24,000 nucleotides of DNA from Hypericibacter adhaerens (GTDB lineage Bacteria > Pseudomonadota > Alphaproteobacteria > Dongiales > Dongiaceae): NCBI RefSeq assembly GCF_008728835.1, contig NZ_CP042582.1, positions 3,684,217 to 3,708,216 of the forward strand. The letters are read 5' to 3'. Both the position numbers and the translations under genes were made by a program. A model generated the notes under the pieces. That model was given only the letters and a program-made list of their open reading frames with translations, was not told the DNA's origin and searched no databases. Below, piece after piece: positions 20,245 through 24,000 of this stretch. How positions within the stretch are numbered: the stretch's first letter is position 1; the number at the start of each line of letters is the position of its first letter.

Positions 20245-20319
20245 GGATGTGATCGCTTCGCTCTACTTCAAAGCTTCAGGCGAGACCGGAAGCTCGCGGC
20301 CGATCCTATCCTGAAGCAA

Positions 20320-20411
20320 CCCCTCCCCCTACCCCCTCCCGCAAGGGGAGGGGGCTGGAACAATAAAACATCTCGCCCCCTCCCCTTGCGGGAGGGGGTT
20401 GGGGGGAGGGG
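20320..20411. repeat. REPIN-like inverted doublet, main family
   Basis: cccctccccctaccccctcccgcaaggggagggggctgg at 20320-20358, and the inverted copy ccccctccccttgcgggagggggttggggggagggg at 20376-20411, with a 17-bp spacer. Confidence 0.9.
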
Positions 20412-20444
20412 TCCGCGCACGCGCTGAAGACGAAAGGCCGCGTC

Positions 20445-21758
20445 TCAGTTCTTGAACCGCGGCGGCGAGATCGAGGAGCTGGGCTGCATCAGGCCGAACA
20501 GGATGCCCTCGCGCAGGCCCCGGTCGGCAACGCGCAGGCGGCCGACCGGCCAGAGCCGGCAGATGCCCTCGAGGATGGCGCAGCCCGCCACCACGAGGTC
20601 GGCGCGCTCACGGCCGATGCAGGGCTGCTGCGCGCGCTCGGCGCAATCCATCGCGGCGAGCCGGCGGCTGATCGAGCCGATCGCGCCGAAATCGAGCCAG
20701 GCGCCGTCGACGCGCGAGCGGTCGTAGCGCTGAAGCTGCATCTCGATGCCGGCGAGCGTGGTGACCGTGCCCGAGGAGCCCAGCATCTGGACCCGGCCCC
20801 GATGCACCTCGGCCCCGATATGGCATTGCGCCTCGAGCGGCTCGAGAGAGCTTGCCACCTCCTCCACCATGGCGCCGTAGCTCTTCTCGCAATAGGCCCT
20901 GGCCCCGTGGCGCTCGGCGAGGTTGACCACGCCCAGCGGCAGCGAACGGTAGGCCAGCAGCTCGATGCCGCGGCCGGGCCGGATCGCGACCCAGCCCACC
21001 TCGGTCGAGCCGCCGCCGATATCGAACAGGATGGCGCGGCGCGGGTCGCGCCCCAGCAAGGGGGCGCAGCCGCGGAAGGCGAGCTCGGCCTCCTGCTGCG
21101 GGGTGATGATCTCGAGGCGCAGGCCCACCTCGGCCTCGACCCGGTTGAGGAAGGCGACGCCGTTGGCGGCGCGCCGGCAGGCCTCGGTCGCGACCGAGCG
21201 CGCGCGGGTGACGCCGCGGCGGTTCATCTTGTCGACGCAGATCTTGAGCGCCTCGATGGTGCGGTCCATGGCCTCGGGCGACAAGGCGCCGTTGGCGCCC
21301 AGCCCCTCGCCCAGCCGCACGATGCGCGAGAAGGCGTCGATGACGCGGAAGCCGCGGCCCCGCGCGCGGGCGATCAGCAGCCGGCAATTGTTGGTGCCGA
21401 GATCGATCGCGGCATAGATCTCGTTGTCGAGCTCGGCCTCGATCTCGCCGCGGCCTTCCGCCAGGGGATCGATGCCGTTCGAGGCGACGGCGGCCGGCGC
21501 GAGCGCCGGTTGCGCAGGAAAACCAGGCTGGGCGGCGAAACCGGACGCCGCGGAGAGACCGGGAGCGGCGGCCAGCGGATCGCCCAGTGCCGGGCCCAGA
21601 GGGCCCACGGCCCCCCTGTCAGCGCTGCGGGTCAAAGACCCTTCCGCTGAATCATCCGCGTCCCGACGCTGCATGGCGCCGCTGTCTCCTTTTGCCACGC
21701 CCATCCCGGAGAAGCGCCGGCTTGCAGATCGCCTGTCGCTATTCCGTAACCCCCGCAA
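20445..21758 (-). CDS. Ppx/GppA-family phosphatase (exopolyphosphatase / pppGpp phosphohydrolase family)
   Basis: The ASKHA-fold N-terminal motif is YAAIDLGTNNCRLLIARARGRGFRVIDAFSRIVRLGEGL, followed later by ILFDIGGGSTEV. The roughly 110-aa Ala/Gly/Pro-rich N-terminal extension leaves the true start uncertain; the Met at 21674 is one alternative. Confidence 0.88.
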   Translation of the reverse strand: MRGLRNSDRRSASRRFSGMGVAKGDSGAMQRRDADDSAEGSLTRSADRGAVGPLGPALGDPLAAAPGLSAASGFAAQPGFPAQPALAPAAVASNGIDPLAEGRGEIEAELDNEIYAAIDLGTNNCRLLIARARGRGFRVIDAFSRIVRLGEGLGANGALSPEAMDRTIEALKICVDKMNRRGVTRARSVATEACRRAANGVAFLNRVEAEVGLRLEIITPQQEAELAFRGCAPLLGRDPRRAILFDIGGGSTEVGWVAIRPGRGIELLAYRSLPLGVVNLAERHGARAYCEKSYGAMVEEVASSLEPLEAQCHIGAEVHRGRVQMLGSSGTVTTLAGIEMQLQRYDRSRVDGAWLDFGAIGSISRRLAAMDCAERAQQPCIGRERADLVVAGCAILEGICRLWPVGRLRVADRGLREGILFGLMQPSSSISPPRFKN

Positions 21759-21928
21759 CGACCCATCCTAATCGGAGGTCGCCGCGTCGGCCAAGCCCTG
21801 GAATCGTCAGGGTCATGGAAATCCCTAATGGCCCGAAAGGGTTAACCGGCCCGCGGAAGCCACCGGAGGGCCGGGCCAAGGCCGGCCCCCCTGCGGCCAT
21901 CCGCCGGAACCGAGGCTTCACGAAAGGG

Positions 21929-21957
21929 TTGAAGCGTTAAGGGTGCCTGACTATGTT
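21929..21957 (+). promoter_or_regulatory. Candidate sigma70-type promoter for tRNA-Gln
   Basis: TTGAAG at 21929-21934, an exact 17-bp spacer, then TATGTT at 21952-21957, about 75 nt upstream of the tRNA. This is a pattern match only. Confidence 0.3.
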
Positions 21958-22030
21958 CTCGCCCTCGACCGGCCGGACAGGCCGGCCACCCCGGGATCGG
22001 CTAGAATGCCGGTCGGGACGAGGCCTCTGC

Positions 22031-22104
22031 TGGGGGATCGTCTAACGGTAGGACCGCGGACTCTGACTCCGCTAGTCTAGGTTCGAATCCTAGTCCCCCA
22101 GCCA
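22031..22104 (+). tRNA. tRNA-Gln, anticodon CUG, with encoded CCA
   Basis: Hand-folded cloverleaf. Acceptor arm TGGGGGA/TCCCCCA. D arm GTCT-AACGGTA-GGAC. Anticodon arm GCGGA-CTCTGAC-TCCGC, giving anticodon CTG. Variable loop TAGT. T arm CTAGG-TTCGAAT-CCTAG. Discriminator G, then CCA. The U1-A72 pair and G73 fit glutamine identity. Confidence 0.9.
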
Positions 22105-24000
22105 TCACTTCGCATAAATGCATTGAAATCATTGGACGAATTGACACCGGCTTTGGTCAATCCAGCCGGAGTTTTCGTCCATGCTCCCACAACGCTCCCA
22201 CAGCGGCTCCCACAACAACGGCGACGGTGCGGGTTCGCACGTCACGAAAAAGCGGGGCGTCTACTACTATCGCCGCCGCCTTCCGTCGCCGCACGGTGGC
22301 GAGGTCGCGCTGTCGCTCGGCACCACAAATTACCGAGAGGCCGAACACCAAGCGGCGATGCTGGACAAAGCGTTCAACGAGTTGATGCAGACCATGACCA
22401 CGAACACGCCGAAGCCACCCGCCGATCTTCAAGTCATCGTCCGCGATTATCTTAAGACCGCGCTTCAAGCTGACTTTGAACAGCACCTAAGGGCACCGAC
22501 AGGACAGCCGGTGTATCAGCTAGACAGCTATGCCGATGAAGACCCAATCGACGCGGACCTAACCATCATTGACCACTTGATTGGGGAGGCGGCCGAAGCT
22601 CTGGCGCGGCGCGATGTTAGGTCCGTCGCAGCAACGGTAGATCGGCTCATGGCCGAGCATGGGCTACCTGTAGAGCAACGCCCTGCGCTCGCGATGGGTG
22701 TTCTACAAGCTCAATTGAAGGTGCTTGAGACAGCGCGGCAACGCGTTCTTGGGCAACATCCGGAGCTTGCCTTAGACGGCACCAGTCGCCAGCCGGTCGG
22801 CGCTCCCGAGGTGCCCGCTGCACCCGGTCCCCTGCTCTCCGCAGCGCTTCCCAACTTCATTGACTACATGGTGACAGAGGAAGGCTGGCGCGGGCAGACG
22901 AAGACGCAAAGCGAGACCACGTTCCGTTTGTTCGTCGAATGGTGCGGCGACAAGCCCCTTCAAGCTTATACGCGCAAGGACACGGCGGGTTTCTTCGACA
23001 TGCTGCGAAAGCTCCCGGCGCTCTACTCCAAGGACAAGCGGTGGCGTGACCTGTCGTTGCCGGAGATCATCGCACAGTCGCAAGGCATAGATGTCGAGCG
23101 GCTAACGATGAAGACCGTCAAGCGTCACTTCTCCGCGCTCGGTCGGCTGTTCGACTACGCCAAGAAGCGGGATCAATACATCGGTGAGAACCCAGCGCAC
23201 GGTTTCGACTTTCCCACCAAGGGACGCGGCAAGGGCAAGGCGCGCAAGGTTTGGGCCGGTGAGCCGCTACGCAAGCTGTTCGCGTCTCCGGTGTGGACCG
23301 GCTGCCATCCCCACTTTCGCGCTCAAGCTGGCGACAAGATCATTCGTGACGAAAAGTTCTGGTTGCCCATCCTCGGGCTGTATCACGGAAACCGGCTTGA
23401 AGAGTTCGCGCAGCTACGCCGCGAGGACGTGAAGCAAGAAGGCGACATCTGGTTTTTCGACATTCACGACCAAGGTGGCCGACAGGTAAAGAACGAACAG
23501 TCGGTGCGCCGTGTCCCGTTGCATCCTGTCGTTCTGCGTCTCGGCTTCCTGTCGTATCTCGATGAAGTGGCGCCGAAAGCAACAGACCGTGTGTTCCCTG
23601 AGTTGCAGCCCGGCGGACCGGATAACAAGGTCGGCTATTACTTTACCAAGTGGTGGACGAACTACCGGCGCGCCACCGGTGTCTATGAGAGGGGGTTGGA
23701 CTATCACTCATTCCGTCATGGCGTGACGACGAAGCTGTTCGGCGCGGGCGTGTCGCGTGAAGTCGTTGACGAGCTGACGGGGCATGAAGGCGAGGGAACG
23801 AGTCAGACAGTGTACCTGCATGAATTCCCGTTGAAGGTGCTGGCGGACGCGATTGCGAAGGTGGAGTGGCCGGAGATAGACTTGTTGAGACTGACCACGA
23901 GCTAGTGCATCCCGACCTGTTCGATGCCCGAAGAATTTGACAATTACCGGCTTCTACTCGACCGACTGCGCGCGCTAATCAGAGAGCGGCCACCGCGTAT
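22105..24000. mobile_element. Left end of a second integrated element at the 3' side of tRNA-Gln; it extends beyond the window
   Basis: The integrase gene immediately follows the tRNA 3' end and reads away from it. Composition appears to drop in GC after 22105 (by eye). Confidence 0.6.
22181..23905 (+). CDS. Large tyrosine recombinase/integrase with a DUF6538-type N-terminus
   Basis: The N-terminal KRGVYYYRRRLP motif, then the catalytic region NRLEEFAQLRREDV...HSFRHGVTTKLFGAGVSREVVDELTGHEGEGTSQTVYLH (R, HxxR, H, Y). It starts 77 bp after the tRNA-Gln. Confidence 0.88.
   Translation: MLPQRSHSGSHNNGDGAGSHVTKKRGVYYYRRRLPSPHGGEVALSLGTTNYREAEHQAAMLDKAFNELMQTMTTNTPKPPADLQVIVRDYLKTALQADFEQHLRAPTGQPVYQLDSYADEDPIDADLTIIDHLIGEAAEALARRDVRSVAATVDRLMAEHGLPVEQRPALAMGVLQAQLKVLETARQRVLGQHPELALDGTSRQPVGAPEVPAAPGPLLSAALPNFIDYMVTEEGWRGQTKTQSETTFRLFVEWCGDKPLQAYTRKDTAGFFDMLRKLPALYSKDKRWRDLSLPEIIAQSQGIDVERLTMKTVKRHFSALGRLFDYAKKRDQYIGENPAHGFDFPTKGRGKGKARKVWAGEPLRKLFASPVWTGCHPHFRAQAGDKIIRDEKFWLPILGLYHGNRLEEFAQLRREDVKQEGDIWFFDIHDQGGRQVKNEQSVRRVPLHPVVLRLGFLSYLDEVAPKATDRVFPELQPGGPDNKVGYYFTKWWTNYRRATGVYERGLDYHSFRHGVTTKLFGAGVSREVVDELTGHEGEGTSQTVYLHEFPLKVLADAIAKVEWPEIDLLRLTTS

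Overview
High-GC alphaproteobacterial chromosome segment. It looks Hyphomicrobiales/Rhizobiales-like, but that is inferred only from gene content and repeat types. By eye it falls into three blocks.

(1) 1-8285 is a visibly less GC-rich accessory block. It carries a 5'-truncated nitronate monooxygenase, a frameshifted NTF2-like gene, two convergent TetR regulators, an MFS transporter, a frameshifted amidohydrolase and unassignable decayed DNA. It ends with an AlpA-like excisionase and a P4-type integrase that abut the 3' end of guaA.

(2) 8286-22104 is a housekeeping core: guaA, two tandem GNAT acetyltransferases, creD, a hybrid PAS histidine kinase/response regulator, an RsmB/NOP-family RNA methyltransferase, guaB, a host-attachment-family protein, rlmE, a Ppx/GppA phosphatase and tRNA-Gln(CUG).

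(3) 22105-24000 is the start of a second integrated element. It opens with a large DUF6538-type tyrosine integrase immediately after the tRNA.

I cannot support any new multi-gene system such as defence, toxin or secretion. The most unusual structure is non-coding. Seven gaps between core genes, from the two GNAT genes to the rlmE/ppx gap, hold an inverted doublet of a C-run/G-run palindromic element (REPIN-like). Four of these are near-identical copies, two are structure-conserving variants, and one belongs to a different family. The G-rich strand of each unit is also a canonical G-quadruplex motif and a homopurine mirror repeat. Secondary points are candidate recombinase arm sites next to both integrases, a possible degenerate second copy of the guaA 3' end, and gene decay confined to the accessory block. 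Many long ORFs in the supplied track are antisense or alternate-frame artefacts of high GC, or translations of the repeats.
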